A stretch of DNA of 64,000 nt from Octopus vulgaris (taxonomy: Eukaryota), in contig OX597815.1 of assembly GCA_951406725.2 (NCBI GenBank), forward strand, positions 201,624,001 through 201,688,000. Direction: 5' to 3'. Below, one piece after another: positions 1 to 15,433 of this stretch (its first letter is position 1; every line of letters starts with the position of its first letter). A program made the translations under genes and the position numbers. Under the pieces are notes generated by a model, which saw only the letters and a list, made by a program, of their open reading frames with translations, was not told the DNA's origin and searched no databases.

Positions 1-431
1 CGGCGATAATGATGACAACAATATAAAGTGCACAACCTGTATATACATGTATAAGCACACATGCACATAGACACGCGTACCCACATACAAAAACACACAC
101 ACACGCAGAGGCACACACATACATGTACACACACATACACACTAATACAGATGCAAAAACATGCAGATGTGAAGATACACATCATATAACAGAATTGACT
201 TAGCGGGGCAGAAGCATACACGCGGACAGAAAGTGTCGCAGATGTGTGACGAAAGGTGTCCGGACAACGGTCATGGGTTAAAATAAGAACAATAATCAAC
301 GAGTGAAGAAGGAATACATTGTGCGTGTGTTTCATGGCAAATAAAAGACATGACCGTCCTGAAGTACAACAATATATAATTCAACATATGGTTTCACATC
401 AGAAATCTTGCAACAGATATTCATAAGCGTA

Positions 432-804
<373 letters not shown>

Positions 805-1639
805 CCTTTTATCAATTGAAAATGTAATTTTCTAGATGGTGTAATTTAATTATTCAATTTGAATTGATAAAACGTGTTTTTTTCTAAATTATATACATAT
901 ATCATTTTCATTTTTGGAACTACGTAAAAATTACTTTATTCCAATTTTGCCGACTTGTGGGTTTTCTCTAAATTACTGCACCCGTATTTTCTCTGTGTGA
1001 GTTTTCAATGATCCTATTCTCAAAGCAAACGGTAATTTAATAATACTACGCAATTCCATATTACAAAATCCTTTCAATAACAATTCGTATATTACACAAT
1101 TAAATACAATTTCTTTATTTTGAGTGACTGTACATTGTAATGATTCTCTTCCATGCATGCTTACTTTACCTACGTAATCATTTTAAAGTGTTATGCTATT
1201 TAAAGGAAAATTAAAATGCGCCATTGTTCATAATGTAATGAATACGCCAAATATTTGCTTACTTTTTATATAGCAGAGGTGTATGCATTTCAGTACAAGA
1301 ATTTATAATGTATATTTGAAACGTTTCACTATACCAAATTTTCAAGCATTCATTTTTTTCTTTTACATATAATGAGTTTACTTACAAATCTTGTTTTGTC
1401 CCTTGCTTCTCACGCTAAAAGAATTTACAAAGAAAGCTTTTGTCTTTAAAAAGGAGCTATAAATTATATCGGACATAATCATATTTCGTTCATGTTGCAA
1501 GTTATTTTAAAGTTTTTTTTAAGTACACTTCAGTTGTCATTAATGAAAATCTGGAAATTGTTTAATATTGCCCTCAATTACATTATTTCCTTAGTATGTT
1601 CATTGAGGGAGCTTCACCGTTACGAATATAAAATAAAAG

Positions 1640-3230
1640 GATCTCATAATGTATAAAACGCATTAAATATATAATGAGATAACATTGGAAATATTACAAC
1701 AAGAAAAAAAGTTAGGTGAATGGCAAATCTTAGAGTATTTAAATATCTAGGACAAATATTAAACCTTCCCAGTAACGTGTTTTCTGATGTGGAATAATTA
1801 AATACATCAACGAAATCATTGGCATAATCTCCTGCAGAGAAGTTGGAAATGAAACCATTTTTCCACAATGTGATGTGGCCGATTTTCTATTCAAAAATAT
1901 AGAGAAATGCTTCTAAGTATTATCTTAATTTACTTTTTCGCACTTATTAATGTGAGAGATGACACCCGAGCTGTACGTTAACAAAACGACCATATTGAAA
2001 TAAATGTCAGCATCATTAAGATAAATATCAGGAAAATTTAAGCAGGCATACGATATATATAATAAAACTGAGAAGCTATGTAAGAAGTAAAGATCAATAA
2101 TATGTGGAGGTAAAAGCTGTTATATTTTTCCCTTGGGTAAACCCCAACAAAGTCACGTTGCAATTCATTTGTTTTTAGGTAAGGCATATCAAAATGTTCA
2201 TTGCATTTACGCAGCTAGGCATTATTGCGAATGTTCCAAATTTTGCATAGGACCTGAACATGAGTAGAGAAGAATATTTCGACTTGCTATTGAAAACACT
2301 GTTTTCGGAAAATTAGCTTTTAGATTTTACAAGGATAATGGTTTCGGTAACAACAGGCTTAGGGCGATTTGAGTAATTAGAGGCATAATTAAAAGGGACT
2401 TGTCAATCAAACTCTTCATTGGGCAATTGGAAAGAGAATTTGCGAAATAGATTTCTGTGGTAATAAATGGAATCCTTACAAACGCAAAAGCTGCAGATTT
2501 ATAATCCCGCTATATTCTGATTAAATTTACTACCTCTAACAAATCCAACTGCATTCCCATCAGTATTCCAGTCCTCGGCGGTAATTGCAGGTATTCTGAC
2601 AGTGGCAACACAATCGCAGTTATCAACAATGATATAATTACTAATACCTTCATAAACATTAACAACAGCAATTATAAAACACAAAAGATTCCCTTTGCTC
2701 AAAATATTATCAATGCTCCTGCGATAACTATTAGGCATATCATTCCTGAAAAGGCCTTTCCCAAAGTGGAATTGTGGATTGATAAATTAGTCCTATTTAA
2801 ACAAAAAAAGATGAAATGGAAAATACGTTATGCTCACGTCTGCTCAAATATGGTAAAAATTCTCGCATAAAAAAACGAGGCAGAGAAGACACATCTGCGT
2901 GATTGCATGATATTTGCTCAACTGCAGCTTGATCTCCCTCGATTTAAACTCTATTTTCATCTTGTAAAACAAAATGAATCTTTTAGTATCATACAGTTTT
3001 ATAAATTTTATGAATCACACAAATATGATTGCAAAGGCGTGAATGCATTTCGTATTAAAATTAACCCAGCTTCAGCAAAGTTGTATTCGAGCGAAACATC
3101 AATGACATCGAATCGTATGCCATGTGAATAATTATCATGTGAATAGTTACTGAAACAAATATCGGAGATAAAATGGAAGAATATATTTGAACCTAGGAAA
3201 AATATACGAATTGGTATCAAAATACCGGCT
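1640..3230 (-). pseudogene. Unidentified, heavily decayed coding-like relic
   Basis: Minus frame through ORF 2499-2738 continues to ~2045 with only ~6 stops in ~245 codons (hand count). It carries Cys pairs and N-X-S/T sequons, and ORF 1644-1868 ends in a hydrophobic stretch. No family recognised. Confidence 0.3.
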
Positions 3231-3782
3231 CGATAATTATATTCATGCTATATAATCACAACAGAAGGCACAGTAAAAATAAAATAGTTTGGTATCATAT
3301 AAACTGGAAAAGATGGGGTGAAGAAACCCAACTTGATATCTGACTATAGCAAGCTTAAAATTATGTAGCTAATGCAAGGAAAGGTAGACGCCAAATGAAT
3401 GATTAGTTTTGCCCCTTTGATATAAAGATGTAAATACCTACATCGAATCTAAAATTTTCAACTACCGTAGAAGGAACTTTGCCAACGTTCAACATGTAGG
3501 AGCGAATACCTAACCTCCTCTTAACTTCTGTTAGAATAATGTCATAAATGAAACGTTATTTTTCTATTTGTCGCCATATAATATTCTCTAACATTGATTG
3601 ATTGCACGGTAATATATATTCAAAACGTCATCTTATATTTGTAAGAAGGAGCATTGTGCACGCAAGAAAACTATTTAAATTTGCATAAATATTTTATTAA
3701 GAGACAGTATTGTGCTTTGTCAAATTCATTATCGAACGAAAACGTTATAATACTATAAATAGTCGGAAGCGTATGATTATCA

Positions 3783-3843
<61 letters not shown>

Positions 3844-4584
3844 TCTATCCGCCTCTCTCTCTCTCTCTTTCTCTCATGAAACAACACTACACCCAGCATA
3901 GAATCTAATGTCAGAATTGTAGGTGACAGTATTACTGAGTAACCCCAAAGTAGCCAACAAAACGATAACATGCATATCAACACCAGCCGCACTACCAACA
4001 ATTGCAACTACAAAGGAATTATAACCTAATCTACAATCAAACCCTTTATTGACTGAAATAGTACGGTCATCTGTATCTTATATTCAGTCGGTAGAAAGAT
4101 AAAGAAGAATAGGAGCCAAATGAGAAATAAGATAAAACGAAACCAGTAAAGTTACATGCAATTGTATTCTAGTAAACACTTTACCGAAGAAAGCTACACA
4201 TTTTCAAATACATGTACGTAAAAAGATTGAATACTCATTAAAATAGCTACTGTTTTCAATTAGGTTGTTTTCAGCATCTGCTTTTGGTCGACCACCTGAA
4301 ATATAGATAAATAACTTGGCTTGGAAAGTCTGCTATCTTCATAGATGCCTGTTATCACTGGGACTATTCCAATTTTTGTGGTACCAGTACTATCCCTGTT
4401 GAAGAACTACAAATGTACGATGCAGAGAGCAAATGCAGAGTTGTTGCCAAACGTTCTACCCAGGAATCGATGCAATATATATGTGGAAACATACGAGATA
4501 CATACATTTAAATGCTTGTTATTATCTATTTCTGACTGCTATTATATGCTTACACTGTTTTACGTATACTGCATACTGTAACAA

Positions 4585-6539
4585 AATGACTAACCACAGC
4601 AGTTGACATAATGTGAGTTTGGCTTTGAGATCCGATTTTCATGTTATAAACTTAGATTACCTTGGATATATTTCGAGCAAAATTTGACCAGGATATGTGT
4701 AAATTTATACAACTAGCATTTGATTCTGTTGGATTTTTTGTTCCCTTAGTGGAGTAGCATAACCTAGATTATGATCGTATTGGTGTTTTTGAGAATAACT
4801 ATATTTTATCATTTATCATGCGATATTTGTGCAATTGATAAGGACAATTCCCACCCATGGGAAGTACATTTGCAATGGTATTAAAAAAATCTCGCCTAGT
4901 TTATTTTTTCGAACTCGAATATTTCAGCAAAGACTCTAGAAATTGCCATATTGATATCGAAGAGTTATGAAATTGATGTGGAAGACAGTGTTTTTGAATA
5001 GTATCGAGAGTTAATGAAAGGGAAAGTTAACAAGATAGGTCTGGGGCTTGCATTCTGTCACTTCATAATTAGAATACGAACGATGGTAAATAGTATACAT
5101 CGCACCAAATGAAATAAATACGTACAGTTCGTGAATGGAATATCAATTTTAATCTTAAATAGTGTAATAAAGACCTGCTCCAGAAAAGCAATATTACCTG
5201 GCATGTTTCAGTCACTGATTTGGTGGTGAAGTTTTACATGCCTAATGCTCTTTGTCACGGGAAATACTGAATAGCTAGCACCACCATATTACTGATAGGA
5301 TAGGCCCGAGACACATTCGTTGCTCTTGGTGGTGTGTTATCAAGTTATTACGAATGTCGATGTGCAGAGACATGCCGAAAGAGATACATCATGTATGAAG
5401 AGCTCCTTAAACGGCAAAGGAGTTGACCCTAATTGGTTGACTGTCGTACTGTTCAATTCTATGCAATTTGGCTGTTTCACCGGGCTGCATACAAAACCAT
5501 GCAGTGATCTAGGTTAAGTGTGTGACATCTGGAATGTTAGCTGTTCATTGCATTTTAACAATGAATGACTAACCACAGCAGTTGACATACTGTGAGTTTG
5601 GCTTTGAGATCCGATTTTCATGTTATAAACTTAGATTACATTGGATATATTTCGAGCAAAAATTGGCCAGGATATGTGTAAATTTATACAACTAGCATTT
5701 GATTCTGTTGGATTTTTTGTTCCCTTAGTGGAGTAGCATAACCTAGATTATGATCGTATTGGTGTTTTTGAGAATAACTATATTTTATCATTTATCATGC
5801 GATATTTGTGCAATTGATAAGGACAATTCCCACCCATGGGAAGTACATTTGCAATGGTATTAAAAAAATCTCGCCTAGTTTATTTTTTCGAACTCGAATA
5901 TTTCAGCAAAGACTCTAGAAATTGCCATATTGATATCGAAGAGTTATGAAATTGATGTGGTAGACAGTGTTTTTGAATAGTATCGAGAGTTAATGAAAGG
6001 GAAAGTTAACAAGATAGGTCTGGGGCTTGCATTCTGTCACTTCATAATTAGAATACGAACGATGGTAAATAGTATACATCGCACCAAATGAAATAAATAC
6101 GTACAGTTCGTGAATGGAATATCAATTTTAATCTTAAATAGTGTAATAAAGACCTGCTCCAGAAAAGCAATATTACCTGGCATGTTTCAGTCACTGATTT
6201 GGTGGTGAAGTTTTACATGCCTAATGCTCTTTGTCACGGGAAATACTGAATAGCTAGCACCACCATATTACTGATAGGATAGGCCCGAGACACATTCGTT
6301 GCTCTTGGTGGTGTGTTATCAAGTTATTACGAATGTCGATGTGCAGAGACATGCCGAAAGAGATACATCATGTATGAAGAGCTCCTTAAACGGCAAAGGA
6401 GTTGACCCTAATTGGTTGACTGTCGTACTGTTCAATTCTATGCAATTTGGCTGTTTCACCGGGCTGCATACAAAACCATGCAGTGATCTAGGTTAAGTGT
6501 GTGACATCTGGAATGTTAGCTGTTCATTGCATTTTAACA
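4585..6539. repeat. Tandem duplication, period 979 bp (4585-5560 and 5564-6539)
   Basis: Identical ORFs at 5320 and 6299; both copies start aatgactaaccacagc and end cattttaaca, with only a handful of substitutions. Confidence 0.97.
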
Positions 6540-8822
6540 CCATTTAGAGAGCCTGCTTTATAGGGTTCAGATTTCGCATTCTGTAGAGGCTATTGGCAAG
6601 ATAATTCGTTGATATTTGAAGAATTTGAAGCTTGGAGATTTATCTACTCTTTCCAAGATCATTGACAAATTAAACTCTGTGCATATCTTATTCAACTTGG
6701 AGATTTATACATTTAATGTCTTTCTATATATTAATATCCGTTTCTGTCTATTGACATACTTTCGCGTTATTGTTGATCATTCTTTTTTTTTTACTCAATG
6801 TTTGTTTATATATTTCCCGAAACAACATATTTACGTTTTGTTTTGTATTTTACAACCGTAGTAGTTGTAAACTATTGAATTCATAGCAGCTATCATTTTC
6901 TTATTAATGTTTCAATGGATATTATTATTTCATCAAACAAACGGTTACGTTTCTGTTTAGGACTCTGTATATTCAGTGAGAATTGGTTTTCGATCTGATG
7001 TCAAGAGACTCACTCTTTCCGGATCTTCTTTAGGCGTGCGTGAGCTTATGTTTGATATGTCTGTTATCTAGGATCGGCATGTCTCATGGCGCTGTGAAGC
7101 CGCCTTTTTCTTTATTTTCTGCAACATAATCTCTCTTGACTAAAACATACTGCCAGAGAATGCAACTACTGAATATATTCTTCCTCATGAAGCTAATTGC
7201 CCGCAATTTCCTTACAAGAATTTCTGTAACTTGATCCACTCACTTAGGAAGCAGTACGACGTTCGTTTAATATCTGTGTCATCTATTTCTCGTATTTCTT
7301 GAAGTTTTATCATGTCTCTCTGTAACTCCATTTGTAGCTTAAGTCTAAGAGTTTACACTCTTCTGATTCTGATTTCTATTTAGTTGCATTTTATAGATCT
7401 CATTTAATTTCCACATTTTTCGCATTGCGTGGTTTATGATTCTTCATGTTTAATAGTAGTATTCAACAAAATTTCTAAGAAATTTAGCTTAGGGACTATG
7501 TTTTGTAAATGAATTAAAATATGATTATATTCCTGCTATATACGTAATGTTCTCGCTCAATTACAAGTGTGGATGCATTATTCCATTATGCTTTTATTAT
7601 TTCTATTTAGATATTAATATGATTGGTACATGACATTTTTCTCACTAGCTTTTATCGCATTCTAGTGTCTTGATGTTATGGTTCTTAATTGTTTTAATTG
7701 CCTTTACTTGTTTAGTGTGAACAGTTTCAATAAGACGCTTCTTCAGGCATTGCAAATTTTTAAATTGCCACAGAGATTACTTGTTGGGACCACTGATGAA
7801 TTTTTCACAAATAATTCATTTGTTACTTACATGGATTATTAGTATAGTTTACCTGATGATAGATGGCTTTTCGAAACTCAAATAATTCAAAGAAATCAAC
7901 TAGTAGACGAAAATAATCTTCCATGTAAAAAAAAAGATGCTTCTCTTCAAACCATAGAATTACTTAGAAATATTAAGCAATTCCCTATTCAAGAAATGTG
8001 GTGCTCTATTAAAAGACAACGGACACATTGGTCCGACATAAGCAATTTTTGAATATGTGTAGAATGTATCTGAATGTAGGACTTATCAGAAAGTACAATT
8101 CTGCGTTTCCACAACAACACAATAGAAAGTAGGGATCCATTTCGTTTTATTCTTTTGTTGTTTTTCCTTTCCACTTTTTTTTTTCATTATGCTCCATTAA
8201 GGTGTTGTAATATGTTACTGAAAAGTGAAAGAAATACGTATACCAAGATATATAGTTTTATAAGTTATGTTTATATATTTTGGAAGTTTTAACTACATTA
8301 AATGAGTTATCAATTCCACAAACTCTTTAGCAATAAAGCTATAAAAAATAGCCTAATATAACCATGTGATACACAATGTATAACGCGAATACTATGGATA
8401 TTGAAGAGAATATCGTCAGACGAATAATTGATCATGTTAATGTTTTAGCACATGACTTAATTTTAAATACATAGAAACAGGTGAGAGCTAGTAGCTGAAA
8501 AAAATATTAGAAAAAGTAAAGTTTATTTACAAACTGTAGAAACGAAGTATTTCATTTAAAATGTTTTCCTGTTCAATTCTGTAATTATTCATAATTTTTT
8601 TTTTACTTCGAAATGGTCTTTCCGCTTCTTCATCATTCTTCTCTACCACGTCCTGCTCCTTCTTTTACTTTTTCCTGTAGAATTATTTCTTAAATACTAT
8701 GAATAATTTGTCATTATGTCGTAAACATATCTTCATGGTGTACATGAAATTAAAAAATATGACATACACACGCATATGTAAAGTGAGGGGTGAGGGATAT
8801 ACATTTGCGTGTACATACATAC

Positions 8823-8890
<68 letters not shown>

Positions 8891-8936
8891 ATATATATGT
8901 TTATATATATATAAATCCGTGCTGCGATATATATGC

Positions 8937-8977
<41 letters not shown>

Positions 8978-9043
8978 GATAGATAGATAGCTAGATACAT
9001 ACATACATACGTATACATAGACACATACATGTATATAAATATA

Positions 9044-9077
<34 letters not shown>

Positions 9078-9417
9078 CGCATGTATACACACATAGAGGT
9101 GTGTGTATACGAGACACAGCATGACAAATATAGTGCTAAGACAGAGATGAAGCGAGAACAAGAAATGTATGGTAAAAAAATATCTCCATATATTTTCCCG
9201 ACACAAAACTTCGTTGACTAAATTTGAATAATTAGTTTCAATACCTTATGAAAATATAATGATGAATTGGTTACGAGATTTATAAATATTAATATGCTGT
9301 ATGTATAAAAATGAAGTTTTATACACAATATTGGAAACGTCAGTTCGTTCAAGAATACACTTTTTGCTTTTTATCATAAATTATGCTCTCCTATAGAAAC
9401 GGAAGTACATATATTGC

Positions 9418-9558
9418 TTGGCAGTGTGGTAACCAGCCACATGGTTCTGAGTTCAGTCCCACTGCGTGGCATCTTGTGCAAGTGTCTTCTGCTATAGCCT
9501 CGGGACGACCAATGTCTTGTGAGTGGATTTGATAGACGGAAACTTAAAGAATCCCATC

Positions 9559-9609
<51 letters not shown>

Positions 9610-9812
9610 CGTGTGTATGTCTGTCTTTGTCCCCCTACCATTGCTTGACAACCGATGCTGGTGTGTTTACGTCCCCGTCACTTAGCAGTTCTGCAAAAGA
9701 GACCGATAGAATAAGTACTGGGCTTACGAAGAATAAGTCCCGGGGTCGATTTGCTCGACTAAAGGCGGTGTCCAGCATGGCCGCAGTCAAATTACTGAAA
9801 CAAGTAAAATAA
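9418..9812 (+). mobile_element. tRNA-derived SINE, family A (internal (AT)n, LINE-like 3' stem-loop tail)
   Basis: B-box-like gagttcagtccc, homology to copies at 32232 and 35424, tail ggcggtgtccagcatggccgcagtcaaattactgaaac followed by an A-rich end. Confidence 0.9.
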
Positions 9813-9822
9813 AAAGAAAAAA

Positions 9823-9894
<72 letters not shown>

Positions 9895-9923
9895 CCTTCG
9901 CTAAACACACATATGCAAATGTA

Positions 9924-9992
<69 letters not shown>

Positions 9993-10013
9993 CCTTACGC
10001 ATTGGATATCTAA

Positions 10014-11575
10014 TGTAACGAAGCAGGGGAAGCAAGTGTATACGTGAGGCACTACTGTTTATATTACACGAGACTCAACGCTCTATTTCAAAGGTTCACA
10101 GTGAACTGCTACAAACACGAATTGCCACTCGCTCAGAGTTCTTTGTTTTATAAATTTTGTCTCTTGAGGTGGTGAGAGCGACATCCTTCCACAACATCTG
10201 CCCTATTTAGAATCAGTCTCTCTTCTCCCCTTTTGACAATTGAACTCCGCTTCGAGTTTTAATATTCCTTACGTTTAGGGTTCATTTCCACTGTTTCTGT
10301 TCATTTCCATTTTCTGGTGCTAGAATGTGTAGATTCAAATTGTTTGGGTGTTGGTACCTCAAATGTGTCATTCAATACTTCCATAGGTATTTCATGTCTC
10401 GTGACTGCTTTTTCCGTGAACCTTTTCATAAGCTTTTTAAAATCTTTCTTGTATTCAATATTTTTTCTTCTACCAGGAATACCATTCTTTGAATCTGTAT
10501 AATTACTTAATCGTCCCTACTTTCTTTACTATACCAATAGCTTGAAAAACGTTGAATTGTTTATGTCGTTCACCCTTTTTTTTGGTAATTCTCAATCTGA
10601 CCTTTATAGCAAACATCAACTCTGCGGATGAAATCCACAACGGTGTATTCGAATTACGTGTTAAACAGCACACACTTAGAAATTGTTGAAGTGCAAAATC
10701 GTCCATCACTTCATTGTTCACCTTTTCCAACATCCTCTTGGAGTGTCAACAAAACGCACCGCTTGTCCATTTGACTTAGAATGATAGGGTGGATTGCTCT
10801 CATGTTCCATGACGAACATTTTGCAAAATTTTCTGAACTCCTCTGAGGTAAATTGAATTCCATTATCCGAGACAATGGTATCCGGGATACAACACCTGGT
10901 GATGGATTCGTGTAAACAACGTATTGTAACCGCAGATGGCGGCTCTTTAAACATATGCACCTCCGGACACTTTGAAACTCTCACTACCACCACAATTTAA
11001 TATGAACCCTTAAGTTGACATGCGCAATCGATATGCTGTTTGGAACAACTGTTTTTGGCCTCGGTTGCCATTTGATGGTAGGTAATTTTGCAGCTAAGGC
11101 GCACCATCTGCATGATTTCACATATTCGTCAATGTTATGGCCCATTGTTGCCCAGTATACGTAAGTTCTCAGTATACGTATTTGTGTTGCGCATATTTTT
11201 ATCACTTTTAGCGTTTAGTATTTCTTACACATTTTACATTTTTTAATGAATTTATCATTTGCCTGTTTCAATTTTATGTATTGTAAAGTAACTGATAGTT
11301 CACGAATGACGTTTCGTAGAACATTTTGAAATTGATTTCCCGCTCGCAAAGCGGCAATCACGGAATCTTCAAATGGTTCCGCATTTTTCGAAATCAGGCT
11401 TGATCGACGATCCGCATGACTAATCTTTTGGATGGTGTACACTCCATCTTGAAGTCTTAGTTTAATAATATCGTACAGTGGGCTGGAACCTAACAGCAGT
11501 ATGTGTATGAATTACTGTTTTCGTCCCAAATATTGATAATAATGGACGGTGGTTATTCCGTAGACGAACATTTTT
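10014..11575 (-). mobile_element. Ty3/Gypsy LTR retrotransposon relic (RNase H - integrase - 3' LTR)
   Basis: Frameshifted motifs NHRPLLSIFGTK (RNase H), YVYW..M...IDEYVKSCRWC (integrase HHCC), IPDTIVSDNGIQFTSEEF and PPYHSKSNGQAVRFV (integrase core). Purine-rich aaatagggcaga precedes a TG...CA LTR candidate at 10196-10014. Confidence 0.88.
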
Positions 11576-11949
11576 ACCGATTTAGACAAAAATTACACGA
11601 GACATGGGATACGTAATCCTACATATCCTGTAAAAAGTTGAACAAAATCGGACAAGGGATTTTGATTTTATTGAGAAAGGATTGACCTGAATAATAAAAG
11701 AAACACAGTGTGTGGTCTGGCACGGATCCACTTCTAAGACACATGGCGAATCGTTTCTACAGTTGTTCCCGTGTTTCTTTGCACCATATTTCAAGCGGTT
11801 AATAGAGAATCGTTCCGCTTTGACTCATAAGTTATTAATGCTACCAGCTCCTCAAAATGGCAATGCGTAATATTCTTAGCATATCAACACATTGAACAGT
11901 GAGACGAAGCATTACGCAGTGACCGTCTATCAGATATGACACGTACTCA

Positions 11950-12500
11950 CATATACTGTCCTTACACATATAACTGTGCTCACACATACAAGCTCATAGT
12001 CACATCTTCTTCACTGTCCTTTCAAAGTTGAAGTCTTATGATGTAGCATATATTTGTTCTAGCCTCATAGCTGCGTTTTATCAACATCTCAGAAGCCATC
12101 TCCAACTGTTTAATTTTTGACATTCATTCTACGTTCTAAGTACATATTTTCTTCTAAACCTCTCGTCAACCTGAAAATCAGAATATATTTTCAGATTCTA
12201 CCATTCCATATCTGCTCACTGACAAGTTTTGCATTATTCATTTGGAAAAAGCGTATCCTACTTAAATTCCGATTTAATGTCTAGTTGTTAGAAACATGAA
12301 GATGTTTAGGGAAAGCCATATTTTGCTTAAAGTGTTGTTCTCTTTACTTAGCTTCCATCTGGAGAACAAGAGTTTATCAATATCTATCTCTCTTCATTTC
12401 AGCGACTGCATTGGTATCGCAGCGCACTTGCTACAATACACATTTCTTGATTTCACCATCATGCATGCTTTTGAAAATATGACTTACAGGATCCCAGTAC
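11950..12500 (-). mobile_element. Possible very decayed RTE-type LINE fragment
   Basis: Only scattered weak resemblance to RTE ORF C-terminal sequence; no intact motif. Confidence 0.3.
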
Positions 12501-14656
12501 ATGCAGGTGTGAGGTATAGCATTTATTCCTATTATAATCATCACTGTCACTCGAACCGCACCGTTTAATATCCGAATGTCATATATACACCTCTTATGTT
12601 GTTCTCAGTCAGAATCACAACCGATCTCGTTTGATATTCTCTAATAGTTACCGTAAAACCTTGCTGTGTTCGGCTGTTTTCTATAATTCCTATGTGAAAA
12701 TTATTACCTGCATTCTAGTATGTTATGCCGAAAATATTTACACCTTTTATCGCTTGCATTTCAAGGGCGTTCTTGTCCTTTTGACATCAAATATTGCACT
12801 TCATTTTTCTTCTTTCTCAAGTATTTTCGATTGATTCAAATTCTGTAGAAGCGTCATTTTTGATATTGATACTTTACTCCTCTACGAATGAGGTAACTGG
12901 CAGCGAGAGTTTTTTGGAACGGACTATTCAACTTAATTAAGTTTATGCCAATCAGTTACACGCGCAGCTTGAAGATTCAAAAGAAAAGATTTTAACAATT
13001 TTATTTGTCTATTCCCACATATATAATATAGTGATGTTATTCAGACCAGATGTATTCGTAAGCTGTAAAATCACTAAACGTTATGTAACACGATAATTTG
13101 ACTTGCGTAGCTTTTATTTTACATCTAAATTGTATAGAATACGGAGTAATACGTTTGGATTTGAATATGGAAAGCACACTTCCCTACAATTTAAATACAA
13201 TAACAAAAACAATAATCAATACCATTTTCATGGAAAATATGTAGTGAAATTTCTTTTACATTTCATGATAGCCTTCCATTGCATTTTATGATAATCTACT
13301 GGGAAGAGTTTAGAGTTAGAGAATTTTGCATTATGTCTAAATAAATTGAGACGTGTGCAAATTCATTCAATCAGAATATGTATGAAAACGAGTGTTTTTT
13401 AGATTAAATAATATAATTTAAATAATATTCAAAATTATTGCGCGAATATGACGTTTGCCGCTCAAACAGAAATGCATTTCTTTCATTGAGGCTGTTGACA
13501 TACTTTTTTGAATTACCATCTGAAATATTTTTTGCCCTAAACTTGAAATTTATCTTTCGTTGGAAACCATCGATTTTATTCACCTTCATTAATCCTTTTG
13601 GATAATGAAAGAAACAGTAGTTACATTGAAGCAACCTTTTTCGCTCAAAGACTAACAAAAATACAAAGAAACAACCACTATTCGCATGCAGAACGTTAAA
13701 ATAAAAGCATAGTCGCAACAACCATCTCTTTGTTTCTGTTAACACAATATTTGCAGAAGTGAATTGGCATGTGGTAACTCAATGAGAAGCATTTCATTTC
13801 TAACTTAATTTAAAGTAATATTGTATTCAGAGCACTTTAATTTCATAGATATCATTTTTTTTTCTAAATCAAAATAACATCAAATGAAAGGAATTTAATT
13901 CCGTTGTAATCATATAGCTTGTCATTCGGTGCTAGTATTTCAACAATCAAACACGCTATTTCCGGATACCAAATATTATAAACAAAGTGAAATAAATTCT
14001 CTGTGAAAAGAAAAAAAGTATTTTTAAAACTGCAATCTCTATTCAATAGTTTCCTTGTATTTTAATTGAAACAATGTCTTCAATATTTTGATGAATATTA
14101 CAGTATTATTAAATACAAATTGTATATTCTGCTCAGATATGTTAGAAGAGCTTATGTAAACAGATTAATTACTGAAATATTATAAATTTCAACAATTCAT
14201 AAATTAATATGTCATTAAGTCTAGAAACTAATCATAAATTGCAAAACGAAAATAAATAAAACAATTCAGAAACAATATACAAAAACAATTTATGAACATT
14301 ATCTTTGAATTTAATCGGCACCATATCGTGACGTTTGAAAGGCTCAACCTTCCTAGCGAAAGATTAATCCTATAATTTGCCCATAAATCTTCAAAACGTC
14401 CAATGGAACACGACTAGAGCAAACAGTTATCAATTATTTTTTAAATGTTTTCTATTGCTTCACACAGATCTAGATAGAACGGTGCATCTCACATCAATAT
14501 ACGTTTAAAATAATATGTATGTCATTGTCTATAAATATGAAAACAACGACTGGAGGGAATAATATCATTCTGGAAGACAAACATAATACAAAATATGCTA
14601 CCCTCAGTATTTCAAACGAAGTACGCATATATACGTACACACGAAGCACCTACACA

Positions 14657-14703
<47 letters not shown>

Positions 14704-15215
14704 GTAATTATGTAATTATGTGGACTTTAGTAGTACGACGATTAATGTACTTACAGTGTTTAGGCTACCAGATGTCGTCAACCGCTATGATATAATTGTC
14801 ACTGAATCTACGCCAGGAATTCCGTAGCGTTGTTTGTGTTTATAATGCATGGCGGAAAGAGAAAGTGAAGTTAGCAAGAATTTTTATTCAACTCAACGTT
14901 CGTTTCCACCCATCCTTTATCTTTCACTTACGGGTGAAATATTGTACAGCTAGTTGTGTTACTTCCATCAGTGCTGGCCGCATCTCGTCTGGTGTTTCGT
15001 TTTCAATAAGATACTTCACATGTTGAGGTCGGTCCTCGATGTTTCCTCTATTGACAGAGGATGGAAACATTTCCGGATTATAAATGTTAGATGATTTTGG
15101 CTATATTTCACAGCGAATAGATGACATAAAGTAAAGTAATAAGAAATAGAGAGTAGAATACGAATTAAAAGATAAAAGGAAGAATGATTGGTATACCCGT
15201 TTTGAGATAGATATC

Positions 15216-15428
15216 TATAAAGTTAATCCAAACATGAAAACACAAAGAGAAAACACAGCAACGCGAAGACGTGGAACAAGTATAGTGTTATTGGACGCTC
15301 AGGAAAGAAGGGAAAAAGGAGGGTTTAAGGTTTCGAGCGGTTTTCTTCGTCAGAAACATAGGAAAACGAAAGATCCAAAGAAGGGAAGACGGAGGAAAAA
15401 AATCGCCAACGCTACACACTCGGTCACA
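15216..15428 (-). mobile_element. ~210-bp hammerhead-containing non-autonomous element (Penelope pLTR-like), family H1
   Basis: Co-terminal homolog of 56598-56801, flanked by short TA runs. Confidence 0.8.
15323..15357 (-). ncRNA. Minimal type I hammerhead ribozyme motif (stems II/III mutated)
   Basis: GUUU-CUGACGA-agaaaaccgcuc-GAA-ACCU-U-AAAC, stem I GUUU/AAAC. Confidence 0.65.
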
Positions 15429-15433
15429 TATAT

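Noticed and set aside
4780-4890. ENNY...PMGSTFA resembling Penelope RT motif 4
   Set aside because: No flanking YxDD or other RT motif found in any frame read; may be chance
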